This document shows, piece by piece, positions 28,840-38,821 of a DNA stretch of 64,000 nucleotides (the stretch's first letter is position 1; each line of letters begins with the position of its first letter). The notes under the pieces were generated by a model. It had not been told where the DNA came from, made no database searches, and saw nothing but the letters and a program-made list of their open reading frames with translations. A program made the translations under genes and the position numbers. The stretch is from a virus (taxonomy: Duplodnaviria; Caudoviricetes): positions 12,555-76,554 of IMG/VR virus record IMGVR_UViG_3300035365_000057, one strand, 5' to 3'.

Positions 28840-29020
28840 ATATTTCGCTTGGTTTGATTCTAAGCACGAAAAAACAGAATTCGTAAATTTACTAAGAGAA
28901 TGTCGCTCAGATATGGAAGCTGTATCTAAAGTAATGGAAAGATATCCAGAAATTAATATGAGTGAAGCTATGGGAGTTGTAGAAAATTTTAAAAAAGAAA
29001 TTAATACAAAGAAATCATGA
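28829..29020 (+). CDS. Hypothetical protein
   Basis: 63-aa ORF, overlap-coupled. Confidence 0.6.
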   Translation: MRVKYFAWFDSKHEKTEFVNLLRECRSDMEAVSKVMERYPEINMSEAMGVVENFKKEINTKKS

Positions 29021-29463
29021 GACTCAATCATCCAGGTATATATCGAATCGTTGGCGAAAAATTCGAATTATTAGCCAATATCGAAGGCGAAGCGCCATTA
29101 TTGAATATCAATGAAGCTTTACTAGTAAATGATCTCGTAATTGACGGTAAATTTACTATATTAAACAGTGAATCACTTGAAATTCAACAAGTAATAAACA
29201 ATCCTGATCAATTCATATTCATTGAATACGAATATTCAGATATTGCAAAATTACCACTTTATCGTAAAACGATTCGTGGTACAAAGGTGCCAAACATCAC
29301 AAATAACGAAATGAAAGAATTTGAAGAAAAGTATATTCATGATATGAAAACTAGACGTGACACCACACGAACTAGAGCATATATTATGGAGAGAACTAAT
29401 CTTTCATTATCGCAAATAAACGTGCTTATCATGCAAATGGCAAGAAAATTTAGAAACTTATGA
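29017..29463 (+). CDS. Hypothetical protein
   Basis: 148-aa ORF, ATGA overlaps. Confidence 0.65.
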   Translation: MRLNHPGIYRIVGEKFELLANIEGEAPLLNINEALLVNDLVIDGKFTILNSESLEIQQVINNPDQFIFIEYEYSDIAKLPLYRKTIRGTKVPNITNNEMKEFEEKYIHDMKTRRDTTRTRAYIMERTNLSLSQINVLIMQMARKFRNL

Positions 29464-29852
29464 TCGTAAATTCACTTACTAATCATGTATATACCCCATG
29501 GGGAGTAAGATACAATGAATTTAAATGGAGAAACGAATGGTATACTTTTTTAAAATTATACGATAAAGAACTAAAAGAAATAGATAGTTTTAGAAAAAAC
29601 ACTACAAACTCTGTAAGTCATATAATTTGTTGGTTTGACAGAAATGTTATCCAACGAATTGGTATCGATAATAAAGTAACCATACAAGTAAGAATCAGAA
29701 TTATCTGTGGCATGATAAACAAGTTATTTATCCCTACTGTAACTAGAGAAATGAAAATAGAATTCATGGAATGCATATGGGATACATATAAACAAATGGA
29801 TAAATCCTGGTCTGACTATTATTGTCTTAATATATTAGGTTTGCCATTTTAA
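29460..29852 (+). CDS. Hypothetical protein
   Basis: 130-aa ORF. Confidence 0.65.
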   Translation: MIVNSLTNHVYTPWGVRYNEFKWRNEWYTFLKLYDKELKEIDSFRKNTTNSVSHIICWFDRNVIQRIGIDNKVTIQVRIRIICGMINKLFIPTVTREMKIEFMECIWDTYKQMDKSWSDYYCLNILGLPF

Positions 29853-29903
29853 GGGTATGCGGCTTTGATCGGCCGCATATTCACATATTAAAAGCCCGTT
29901 ACT

Positions 29904-30467
29904 ATGACAGAGAAAGATAAACAAGAAGTATCTGACCTGATCAAACAGGCTAAAGAAGGTAAACAAATTGCCTTCTCAAAACTTTACGAAATGTTCAAAA
30001 GACCTCTTTATATTACTATCATTAAGATAGTCAATAATAAAGACGTTGCAGATGATATCTTATCAATGGCATTCGTAAAGGCGTTTACTAAACTAGATAG
30101 TTATGTAAACGATATTTCATTTGAATTATGGCTAAAAACAATAGCTATAAATAGTAGTATCGATTATATACGTAGGTATAAGAAAGACTCAAGCTTATAT
30201 TGGATTGATGATGACGAGAATTGTAACATTCAGTTGGGTAGTACTGCAGATTACTCTCCTGAAGAAGATTATATCTTCAAAGAAACCGATTCTCGTTTAT
30301 CAGAAGCTTTTAGTAGATTGAGATTCAAGTATCGAAATATACTCGAACTACGAACCGTTCAAAATCTCTCTTACAAAGAGATTTCAGAACAGTTAGGCCT
30401 TAGTGAAAGCCAGGTAAAATCCACGCTCAACAAGGCTAGAGAGAAATTAAAACAATTGTTAAACTAA
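29904..30467 (+). CDS. ECF-type sigma-70 family RNA polymerase sigma factor
   Basis: Region 2 (AFSKLYE...ADDILSMAFVKAF...FELWLKTIAINSSIDYIRR) and region 4 (LSYKEISEQLGLSESQVKSTLNKAREKL). Confidence 0.9.
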   Translation: MTEKDKQEVSDLIKQAKEGKQIAFSKLYEMFKRPLYITIIKIVNNKDVADDILSMAFVKAFTKLDSYVNDISFELWLKTIAINSSIDYIRRYKKDSSLYWIDDDENCNIQLGSTADYSPEEDYIFKETDSRLSEAFSRLRFKYRNILELRTVQNLSYKEISEQLGLSESQVKSTLNKAREKLKQLLN

Positions 30468-30479
30468 AACTTTACTTTT

Positions 30480-30854
30480 ATGCCAGCAGCAAGTATTATT
30501 TTATTACTTATGATCGCATTTGTCGCTTCGCGTTTATTCCGAAGCACGAAAATGTGGTGGACATTCTTATCCACAATCATGGCTGGTCTATTAGTAGGTA
30601 TGTTGGGGAGAGAGGTTATCGGTCATATTGATGACAACAAAACCTCTCAAACTCAGCTAATTGAAACTACAAACACTGTAGATTTAGGATGCATGCAAAG
30701 CTTAGTAGTATTTGCAGAATCAGATGCTACCACTTGCCTAACTGGGGTTGCAGGTAACATACCTAAATACACAGAAAGTTTGCGTGACATAGTTTTAATT
30801 AGTAATACCGAGACTAATGGACGTGACTCACCATCTATAGAGGATGATAGTTGA
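30480..30854 (+). CDS. Membrane protein downstream of sigma factor
   Basis: Two N-terminal hydrophobic segments. Confidence 0.6.
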   Translation: MPAASIILLLMIAFVASRLFRSTKMWWTFLSTIMAGLLVGMLGREVIGHIDDNKTSQTQLIETTNTVDLGCMQSLVVFAESDATTCLTGVAGNIPKYTESLRDIVLISNTETNGRDSPSIEDDS

Positions 30855-30920
30855 CCTCTTTAAATAACCTATCGACTGAATTAAAATTGTTTATTAACCA
30901 CCAAAAATTTATCAAAAATT

Positions 30921-32435
30921 ATGGCAACAAAAGAAATGACGAAGAAGGAACGTCGCGAAGCAATTAAAGCAGCAAAAAGAGCTGAAAAAGAAGCAAAAGC
31001 AGCAGAAACTAAGACTACCGTAGAAAATACTACCGTAGAACAACCAAAAGACGAGAAGAAGAAACCTACAGAAAAGCCTGCAGAAATGAAAAACCAGCAA
31101 GCAACCGAAAAGAAGACGGAAGAAAAGAAGGAAGATCCGAAGCCGACTCCTAAGAAGAATGCACCCAAAGACAAACCTAAGGAGAAGAAGGACAAGATTC
31201 CTACAATTATTCCTGAAGATGCTGGTGAAAAAGAAGTAGATCGCGCCAACAAATTAACAGGAGTGATACCTACTGGTAAGAACCGTACAGGTTCATCATT
31301 CGATGCAAAAGCAATGCTCTTGCATTCTATGACAACCCGTTATTACAACAATGAAGAACTTCAGAAGAACTATCCGGAGTTGTATAACGATCTGAACCGT
31401 AGTATGGATGTAATAACCTTGCTCGCATTGGTAGACTTACGTCAAGAAGTAATCGAACGTAATACTTCTGGGCAGTTGATGCTCACAGTCAATGCTGATC
31501 AGATTCTGCCGTTGCAGGGTATGGCCGCATTGTTGGGAATTGAACTCGCACCCGCAAAAGCACTTCCTGGAAACGATGGTCAAATGCAAATCGATTTCAA
31601 GGAGTCAAAAGTACCCGAAGAACTCGTAAAGGACGCAGGTAAAAGCACAGAAGAAAAACCAGAATTGGATCCTAAAAAGATTCAATCCGCGGAAGATGTA
31701 AAGAAAGCTCTCGAGTATTTACTTCGTTCCGATAACAATACAGCAACAGCATTAGTAAACGCAGTAGAATGGTATCGTACAATGCGTATGACCAATGAAG
31801 AAGATGCTAATAAGAAGCTCGCTATGGACGACAAAACCGTAGAAGAGTGGATTAACGAAATCATTAGTATAACTAATCCTACAAGTCTTCTCCGTGGTCT
31901 TGGCCGAGCAGTATATCTATACGACTCGCAATTAGGATCTCCGATCTTCTCTCATTCACTCTTGCATCATCATATCAGCAAAGTCGGCTGGTCTGAAGAA
32001 CAAATCGCAAGTGCTCATAAAGCTCTCATTCAAGAGAATGTGCGCATGAAGTTGAAAGAAGATGAGAACGCCAAACCTCAAGACGATAAAGCCTTGAAGG
32101 CCGTTATCGGTTCTCTTGGAACAGAATATATCGAAAAGCTGTTCAACGATGCTAACATCAACATGGATGAAGTAGCAGAAGACAAGAAGACCGAAATGGA
32201 AAATGCGAAGAAAGACGCCAAGAAAATTCTTGGAGTAATTCGTACAAACTACTTCGAAAAGGATCATGTTCCTACCACAGACGAACTTCGCATGTGTGTT
32301 GGACAGATTATCAATCTGTATCGTGATCCGGCAAATCGCTTGGCAGAGTATTGTCAGAACTACATAACTTCTTCGAAAGAGGGTGAATACCCTGAAAAAG
32401 CAAGCGGCGAAAAAAAAATTAACGCCCTCGTTTAA
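30921..32435 (+). CDS. Large hypothetical protein with K/E-rich N-terminal tail
   Basis: 504-aa ORF. Confidence 0.75.
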   Translation: MATKEMTKKERREAIKAAKRAEKEAKAAETKTTVENTTVEQPKDEKKKPTEKPAEMKNQQATEKKTEEKKEDPKPTPKKNAPKDKPKEKKDKIPTIIPEDAGEKEVDRANKLTGVIPTGKNRTGSSFDAKAMLLHSMTTRYYNNEELQKNYPELYNDLNRSMDVITLLALVDLRQEVIERNTSGQLMLTVNADQILPLQGMAALLGIELAPAKALPGNDGQMQIDFKESKVPEELVKDAGKSTEEKPELDPKKIQSAEDVKKALEYLLRSDNNTATALVNAVEWYRTMRMTNEEDANKKLAMDDKTVEEWINEIISITNPTSLLRGLGRAVYLYDSQLGSPIFSHSLLHHHISKVGWSEEQIASAHKALIQENVRMKLKEDENAKPQDDKALKAVIGSLGTEYIEKLFNDANINMDEVAEDKKTEMENAKKDAKKILGVIRTNYFEKDHVPTTDELRMCVGQIINLYRDPANRLAEYCQNYITSSKEGEYPEKASGEKKINALV

Positions 32436-32496
32436 GTTTCTGAAGAAAGTTAAAGAGTTCATTTTAACATCGTTCTACGAATAAATCATAATCAAT

Positions 32497-32910
32497 ATGA
32501 GTATTCGAATTCTATCTGTTGTTAGCATGTTTATAGCCAGTATTTTCGTTGGTTATAACTTGCTACCAACCGAACAAATACAAGCTCAAACGCTTGTAAT
32601 TCCTTCACCGATTGAAATACCACACATGATGGATATTCAACCGAAAAAAGAGGAGTTGTCCACACCAGAGATAGATGTCCAGATAGACCTATCTACTAAA
32701 GAAGTATCTGTAAAAGGAACAGTGGACGCAAAGGTCAATGTAACAACGATTGGTGAACCAAAACCAATTGTTAAGTGGAAAACCAGAGTAAAGAAAGAAG
32801 TTCGTAAGGATACTATTGGTTATCCTTATGTAAAATCAGTAGGACGTATGCCAACAGATAGTAAACCAATTTCTATACTCAAAACAATTGATAAAAATGC
32901 CAAGCAATAA
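32497..32910 (+). CDS. Signal-peptide or membrane-anchored hypothetical protein
   Basis: 137 aa, hydrophobic N-terminus. Confidence 0.65.
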   Translation: MSIRILSVVSMFIASIFVGYNLLPTEQIQAQTLVIPSPIEIPHMMDIQPKKEELSTPEIDVQIDLSTKEVSVKGTVDAKVNVTTIGEPKPIVKWKTRVKKEVRKDTIGYPYVKSVGRMPTDSKPISILKTIDKNAKQ

Positions 32911-33316
32911 GATTATATTAAAACAGATGCTCCGTTTATCACGAGTAATCCGAGATCTTAAAGAATCCAGAATGAAAATGAACTTAGTTCAAAATCAAAC
33001 TGAATACTTTGTATGTGGTGGAGAATCATTAGATATGATTCGTTCCATGGCAAACACGAATATATCTAATTGCTTGTATTTAGAAAAGTACTTACGCTCG
33101 TCTGTAAGTAATGCATGTAAATGCTTGGATGGTTTCATTCCAGGTAAAATGGATCCAATAGACTACATCAGTAGTAGTGATGTAAAAAATAAATTTGTCG
33201 ACTTATGTCTAGGTAGGAATATTGTAGCAACAATCAATCTTACCACTGGAATCATTATACCAACTGAACCAGAGCAAAATTTGGCAGAAGATAAATGCCC
33301 ATCGGAAAAAAGTTAA
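32897..33316 (+). CDS. Hypothetical protein
   Basis: ATG 32897 in frame with track ORF 32888-33316. Confidence 0.65.
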   Translation: MPSNKIILKQMLRLSRVIRDLKESRMKMNLVQNQTEYFVCGGESLDMIRSMANTNISNCLYLEKYLRSSVSNACKCLDGFIPGKMDPIDYISSSDVKNKFVDLCLGRNIVATINLTTGIIIPTEPEQNLAEDKCPSEKS

Positions 33317-35427
33317 CATCAATAACCGATTAACAAATACTATAATTATGATGTAGTTCGAGAGGAGTAAAACTATAGCGTAAATCACTCCGACAGAAGT
33401 CATGCGAGTCATAAAATAATGACAGTCGCGCTGTGTCAGGGAGCTGTGTTCATTTACACTGGCCCGAAAAAGTACAGGATCCGAGAATATGTTAGCCGCT
33501 AAAACGGTGAGATTACTCAAAAGGTAGGATGATAGGCCAAAACGTCTGAAAAACGGATGGTAAATGGGGATCAGAGTGCTTACCCTCATTAGGTAATGAG
33601 AACCGTACTGGTGATTACTAAAGACTCATAAATACTGCAATCAGTACCGCTAATGCAGATTTATAAAAATAAGCAAGGGGAACGAAATCCTCTTTAATTA
33701 CTCGTTTGTATCATCAAAATATGAATCAAGAAGGAGTATAAACACGACGCCGAAACAGGGGCAATCCGGCTCCTGGGCTAATCCTTTGGAAAGAGAAGCC
33801 GAAGCCAAAAGGCAAACAATAAAATGCAGATAACGCATCAGCGGGGTCCAATCTCGCTTAATAAAAGCGCAATTATGCGTCCTGACTGGGAAAATAGGCT
33901 AACTCTAGTGTTCAGTATACATCAGCTGTGATGCAATATTATTATATTGGAACTTATACTTATGAAGGGAGTAAATTAACTGATACTAATGTGAGGGTAA
34001 CCGTGTTATGGTACATATTATTTAAAATGAGATGGATACGCAATGATCCGGGGAGTGAAACTACGGTGGAACCATGATCCGACTGATTAACGTGGAGCAG
34101 AAGTAAATTCTGTGCATTATGGTAAATAGTGTTCTCTAAAATTTTAAATAAGGATGATGTATATGAGATTGATACAGCCTTCCAAGACTAAAGTTGACTC
34201 ACGAGCTTAGTCGTTCATGTGAGTATAATATATGACGAATGACGAGACTAAATAAACAGTCTAAAATGCGGTTTGAGGGCGCTTTAACCCTGATTCTAGT
34301 GAACAAAGACCTTTAGCAAGTCTTAGCATATTATGTTCTAAAATAAACTTTAGGTGATGCGTAGAAAACACCTACTAAAAAATCGCAGAGTTTAAGTATT
34401 TTAAGATATATAAATACCTTTGCTAATAGTTTATATGCACTCCAGTATATCGACTAAACGCATCGTAAAAAGGGAATATGAGAGCTTATATTGTTGCTGT
34501 AGCCTAACAACCTACAACCAAAATATATCGCATTGCTTACTTAAGAAGTTAAGAAGCATTAATCAAAAGTATTTACGCTGAATAGAGTCAGCTGCAATAA
34601 ATGTACTCTAATTGTTTAATTTTTTAATAATTGGGGAAGTCCAATGATAGGTCAGAAATATAAGCTACTGTTGTAAAGTAGACATATGGAGAGCGAGTCA
34701 CCCCCGACTACCAACCGTTATGCTGACTGTTAAGACACTCGTAAAGTATATAGCCGCAACTATATATGTATGAGAACGCTGAATCGTAGCACTGACCGCG
34801 TAGTATATACTGTCTCTATATAATACGTAGTAAACTCATGATGAAGGTATTTCCATGAGCAAGGTAAAGAATGATGAATGGGTGGAAATCCCATATATTC
34901 GTGTAGTATAAATAAGAAATCCGAGAGGTCAAGTGGGCGTCTTGAAAAATTAGACGGCTTGTTATGGGTTTTAAAATTTTTCTCAACAGGAAAAAACCTC
35001 ATTCGCTTAGAATGTTGTAATCCTCAATGTTGTCCCGTAGGCATACCAGTTGCTGATGATGGGTACTTTTCGAATTGTACTAACACAATACTTATGTTAG
35101 AGAATATGATTTGAAATAGGGTGATAGGTGCATACGGCATCGTATAAGTTGAATCCGTATAGTTTTTATCTTTACTTATAAAAGATTATATCAGAAAATA
35201 TCAGATGAAATAACAGAAACGTAATTTCAAATAAATTTCAACATTTATCATTTATACCTAGTAAGTTATGTGATTGAATTCACTACCAATGTTCTAAACT
35301 TTTTAAAGTGAAACCACATGCTGGTTTTTTGGTACCGAGAAATAACTGAAAGGTGGAGAGAATTAATTTTAATATTAACTAATTTCGTATTGGTATATCA
35401 AGTACGGAATCAAAAAGGAAAATAGTT
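33317..35427 (+). ncRNA. Candidate large structured non-coding RNA region (~2.1 kb)
   Basis: No credible CDS; many short stems (GGAGT/ACTCC, GTCAT/ATGAC, CTCATG/CATGAG, ATGGG/CCCAT, AGGTG/CACCT, TTAGTC/GACTAA); strand inferred from flanking genes. Confidence 0.45.
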
Positions 35428-36039
35428 ATGGACGTAAATGTAAACATCAATAACAAAGGCGAACAAATCATTGGACGGTATCGCCAGGTTTTAACTTCTT
35501 ACGGACCTTATTTTGGTCAGAAGTTATTCACAGTAATAAAGACTAACCCTGATTTGAAGTGGAAAGAAGACACATTCAACGGCAAAAATACGTTACGGCA
35601 AGAAGTAAACGTATACATGCTGAAGGGTATTGACATTAAGTCAGTAGCATTTAAAGAGAAAGATATCGATGGTAATCCGAAGATTATCTTCAACGCAGAA
35701 GACAACGACAATACGCTCGTATTCCCGCTCGAAAAGCCGGACTTCAAGAATGCAACTCGCGATACTATCGCAGATTGTATTGATCGGTTGAGCAAACCGA
35801 ACAGCAAGCCTATGTTCTTCGACGCTAAGGAACTTCCGGAGCTCGTAGAATTGCTGCGTATTGCTAATCAGAGTGTATTGGAATTCTATGAAGAACAGTC
35901 TCGTAAGTTCTTGAATCTATCTCAGACTGTACGCGGTATGATGGATCAGGCAGATCGCTTCCAAGTCGAATATTTACGGCAGTGCGGAGTATCTACAGCC
36001 GAGGCTGAAATCAACGTAAAGATCGAAACTAAAGAGTAA
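35428..36039 (+). CDS. Hypothetical protein
   Basis: 203-aa ORF. Confidence 0.75.
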   Translation: MDVNVNINNKGEQIIGRYRQVLTSYGPYFGQKLFTVIKTNPDLKWKEDTFNGKNTLRQEVNVYMLKGIDIKSVAFKEKDIDGNPKIIFNAEDNDNTLVFPLEKPDFKNATRDTIADCIDRLSKPNSKPMFFDAKELPELVELLRIANQSVLEFYEEQSRKFLNLSQTVRGMMDQADRFQVEYLRQCGVSTAEAEINVKIETKE

Positions 36040-36044
36040 CCATT

Positions 36045-36605
36045 ATGACTGGCAGAATGTCTCCTTCTAGGATAGCGCTTCTGCAATTACTCATCTGTTC
36101 AGAACCAACCATATTGAGCAAAGTTCAGATTTGGAACGGCGAACAAAAGGAAACTGCCAAAAAAGTAAGCATAAGAGAGGATGGATCGGTCTTCTTTTAC
36201 TATGGTAGTGGTCCATTATGGTGGCAAAGACTGTTTGGTGCTTATAAAGCCGTAAGTATTATAGACGCAGCTATAAATATTGCAGATGCAATTACTGGTT
36301 CTAATGGAACTCGTAACGAAATAGCTTTTGATGGAATTACTAAAAGTATTCTTGATGAAGCTGTTAAGAAAAAAGATCTTGATTGCGTAGTAGATATATT
36401 GTTTGATAGTATGAGAAACTGTTCTGATGGAGAACTGCATTCTAAGTATATCACACAAGAAAATCTTCGCAAATACGCAAAAGAAAAAAACTTACAAGGC
36501 AATCTCCGTATAGAGATGCCTGATGATCTATTCGGATTCGCATCCGTAGAGATACGGCCTGGGGTATCAGTACCCATTCGTATAGGCCGTGTCAAATTTA
36601 AATAA
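36045..36605 (+). CDS. Hypothetical protein
   Basis: 186-aa ORF. Confidence 0.7.
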   Translation: MTGRMSPSRIALLQLLICSEPTILSKVQIWNGEQKETAKKVSIREDGSVFFYYGSGPLWWQRLFGAYKAVSIIDAAINIADAITGSNGTRNEIAFDGITKSILDEAVKKKDLDCVVDILFDSMRNCSDGELHSKYITQENLRKYAKEKNLQGNLRIEMPDDLFGFASVEIRPGVSVPIRIGRVKFK

Positions 36606-36641
36606 TATTGGATTGGATATTATTAAAAACAAAATAATTTC

Positions 36642-36694
36642 ACAGTACTGAACTGGGTACTGTTTAACATAGAATTACTGAACTGGGTAGTTCT
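36642..36694 (+). repeat. Twin hairpins with identical TGAACTGG loops
   Basis: ACAGTAC-TGAACTGG-GTACTGT and AGAATTAC-TGAACTGG-GTAGTTCT. Confidence 0.75.
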
Positions 36695-36704
36695 TTGTTT
36701 ATAT

Positions 36705-36772
36705 CATAAGTAATCCAAGGTATTGAATTGGATACTTGGTGGATGTTAAAGGTTCGACTCCTTTGCTTATGA
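36705..36772 (+). ncRNA. tRNA-like element without a formable anticodon arm
   Basis: CATAAGT/GCTTATG acceptor, TCCA/TGGA D-like stem, AAAGG-TTCGACT-CCTTT T arm. Confidence 0.6.
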
Positions 36773-36827
36773 CAACACCAGTAAGCGATTTCGGCGAGTT
36801 ATTAACAATTTAAAAATCAATTTGCCT

Positions 36828-37331
36828 ATGAAATCAATTACATCTAAATATATTATCGACCGTCGTAAAGAACTTAGTAACAACATTACAAAGTATTGGA
36901 ATATTATTAAAAATGAAAATGTAATTCCGAAAGACGGAAAACGAAACTACGATCTGAAAGCGTTACTTACGAAGATCGAAGAAATGGCCGACGAACGAAT
37001 ATTATTGAAACTGTATTTACAGTGTATCAATATGGGTTATAAAAAGTTTTCAGAATTACCTGAAAATAATAACTATCTCGCCATTTTCACACTTAGTGAA
37101 AAGTCGGAACAACTATTTCACTTAAGCAAGATACGCACGATTGACCAAAAATTAAAGCGTTCTAAAGGTAAGAAAAACCTTAATACAACCGAAGAATTAA
37201 CTTCTTCATTCATCAATATGCGTATAAACAAAATCCAATTAGAAGTAAATAAATTAGAAAAAGAAATAGAAAACTTTAACAATTCAGCAACTTTAGAAAT
37301 AGAAACAGCAGCTAAATCATTAGCAGCATGA
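36828..37331 (+). CDS. Hypothetical protein ending in LAA
   Basis: MKSITSK...AAKSLAA. Confidence 0.7.
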   Translation: MKSITSKYIIDRRKELSNNITKYWNIIKNENVIPKDGKRNYDLKALLTKIEEMADERILLKLYLQCINMGYKKFSELPENNNYLAIFTLSEKSEQLFHLSKIRTIDQKLKRSKGKKNLNTTEELTSSFINMRINKIQLEVNKLEKEIENFNNSATLEIETAAKSLAA

Positions 37332-37546
37332 AAGGAGCAATTTACTTAAAACAGCATTTGCTTGAAACTAATAGTCACTATGAAGAAAGAGTTAACAACT
37401 ACATAGTGACTGTTAGCGAAAAGTACAAATTTCTTGGAATAGAAACTAAATTTCGCCAAGTAACAATTTATTTTGAGACTAATGAACCGTTACAAGAAAA
37501 TTCAAAAAGAAAAATTGATTTTCCTGTAACAAGTAATAACATTTAA
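37328..37546 (+). CDS. Hypothetical protein
   Basis: 72-aa ORF, ATGA overlap. Confidence 0.6.
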   Translation: MKGAIYLKQHLLETNSHYEERVNNYIVTVSEKYKFLGIETKFRQVTIYFETNEPLQENSKRKIDFPVTSNNI

Positions 37547-37561
37547 AAGATTATCAAGATT

Positions 37562-38350
37562 ATGAAAAAGATATATTCACAAGCCGGTAAAAGAAAAGGA
37601 GTTAAAACTAGTTGTTCTAACAAAAACAAATTACGCCGTAAACAACACGGTATATTAATGCGTTCGATAGAACGTCCAGCACCGGAACCATCTCATCTGA
37701 TAAAAGTTACAGAAACTGAGAATGGGAAAACAATAGAAATTCAGAGAGTATTAGGAAATAAAAAACAATCTGAATATACTACAAACATTGCGAAAAATGC
37801 AATGGCTGATAATAAATCTGCAAAACAATCCAAGAAAGAACTTATCAAAAAGATACTTATGGAAGCAGGATATGAACCCACAGTACGCTATACTCGTAAG
37901 CAAAAGAAACATTTTACGCGTATAGTTAAAAACAAACTATTTGCTAAACCAAAACCAATCAAACAACTTTCTAAAGAAGAATACAAAAAGAAATTCGCCG
38001 AAGAAAGAGCTGCAAAAAAGATAAAATTAGACAACTTACCACACGCACAATTACCTGTAATAAAAGGTAAACAAAGACCAATATCAGCTGCAGAAGCAGT
38101 AAAGAAAGAAAAACCAAATAACAGAAAATTCCGTTACGTAATAAACAGAAAATCTGATGAAAACCCAAACAAGGTTTATGATTTCTTAACAGATTATTTT
38201 GATGCTTCAACAAGAACTGAAGCAAAAGACAAAGTAAAGAGTATTGCTGAAAAATACAAGAAGGATACTTCATTCACAGGTATAACCGTTCAAGATATTA
38301 ACGGAGATAATAGTATTACATACTATACTAAAGAAAAATTAGCAGCGTAA
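37562..38350 (+). CDS. Highly basic hypothetical protein ending in LAA
   Basis: 262-aa Lys-rich ORF ending KEKLAA. Confidence 0.7.
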   Translation: MKKIYSQAGKRKGVKTSCSNKNKLRRKQHGILMRSIERPAPEPSHLIKVTETENGKTIEIQRVLGNKKQSEYTTNIAKNAMADNKSAKQSKKELIKKILMEAGYEPTVRYTRKQKKHFTRIVKNKLFAKPKPIKQLSKEEYKKKFAEERAAKKIKLDNLPHAQLPVIKGKQRPISAAEAVKKEKPNNRKFRYVINRKSDENPNKVYDFLTDYFDASTRTEAKDKVKSIAEKYKKDTSFTGITVQDINGDNSITYYTKEKLAA

Positions 38351-38372
38351 TAACCATTAAACTATCAAAATT

Positions 38373-38684
38373 ATGGGAGAACAAAATTATATTGAATGGA
38401 AATTAGCAGAAGCAAAAAGACCTCGCAAGAAACTTTGGAAAGAAAAAGAAAAAGAAAGAATTGCAAAAGCAAGAACAAATACACCAAAGCCCGAGGGTAA
38501 ACCTGAAGACTGGTTGTCTGAAAGGTTAGTCGCTAAACGTATCGTAAACCGACACAACAAGAAGATTATACGTTTAAACGAGCAAAAGGCTCGTTTAAAC
38601 AGCAAAATAAAATCTTATCCGAAACAGCATATTGCTGAAAAACGATATAAGATAAAAACATTTGCTATGTTATTAGCAGCGTAA
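38373..38684 (+). CDS. Basic hypothetical protein ending in LAA
   Basis: 103-aa ORF ending FAMLLAA. Confidence 0.65.
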   Translation: MGEQNYIEWKLAEAKRPRKKLWKEKEKERIAKARTNTPKPEGKPEDWLSERLVAKRIVNRHNKKIIRLNEQKARLNSKIKSYPKQHIAEKRYKIKTFAMLLAA

Positions 38685-38721
38685 ACTAACTAAAATCGGT
38701 TGTTTTTATTTTTTAAATGTT

Positions 38722-38797
38722 TCGCATATAGCTCAGTTGGTAGAGCCGCAATACTAATACTGTGTGATTTGCGTGGGTTCGAGTCCCACTATGCGAT
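38722..38797 (+). tRNA. Atypical tRNA with irregular anticodon arm (AAU/Ile or unresolved)
   Basis: TCGCATA/TATGCGA acceptor, GCTC/GAGC D stem, GTGGG-TTCGAGT-CCCAC T arm; 3-4 extra nt between D and T arms. Confidence 0.75.
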
Positions 38798-38821
38798 CGA
38801 TAATCCCCAAAATATATTCAT

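Noticed and set aside
34633-34642. GGGGAAGTCC as the RNase P RNA P4 signature
   Set aside because: It sits in a local ATTGG/CCAAT hairpin and no matching distal P4 strand was found
35053-35090. CTGATGA as a hammerhead core
   Set aside because: The following stem is not followed by GAAA, and no stems I/III could be placed
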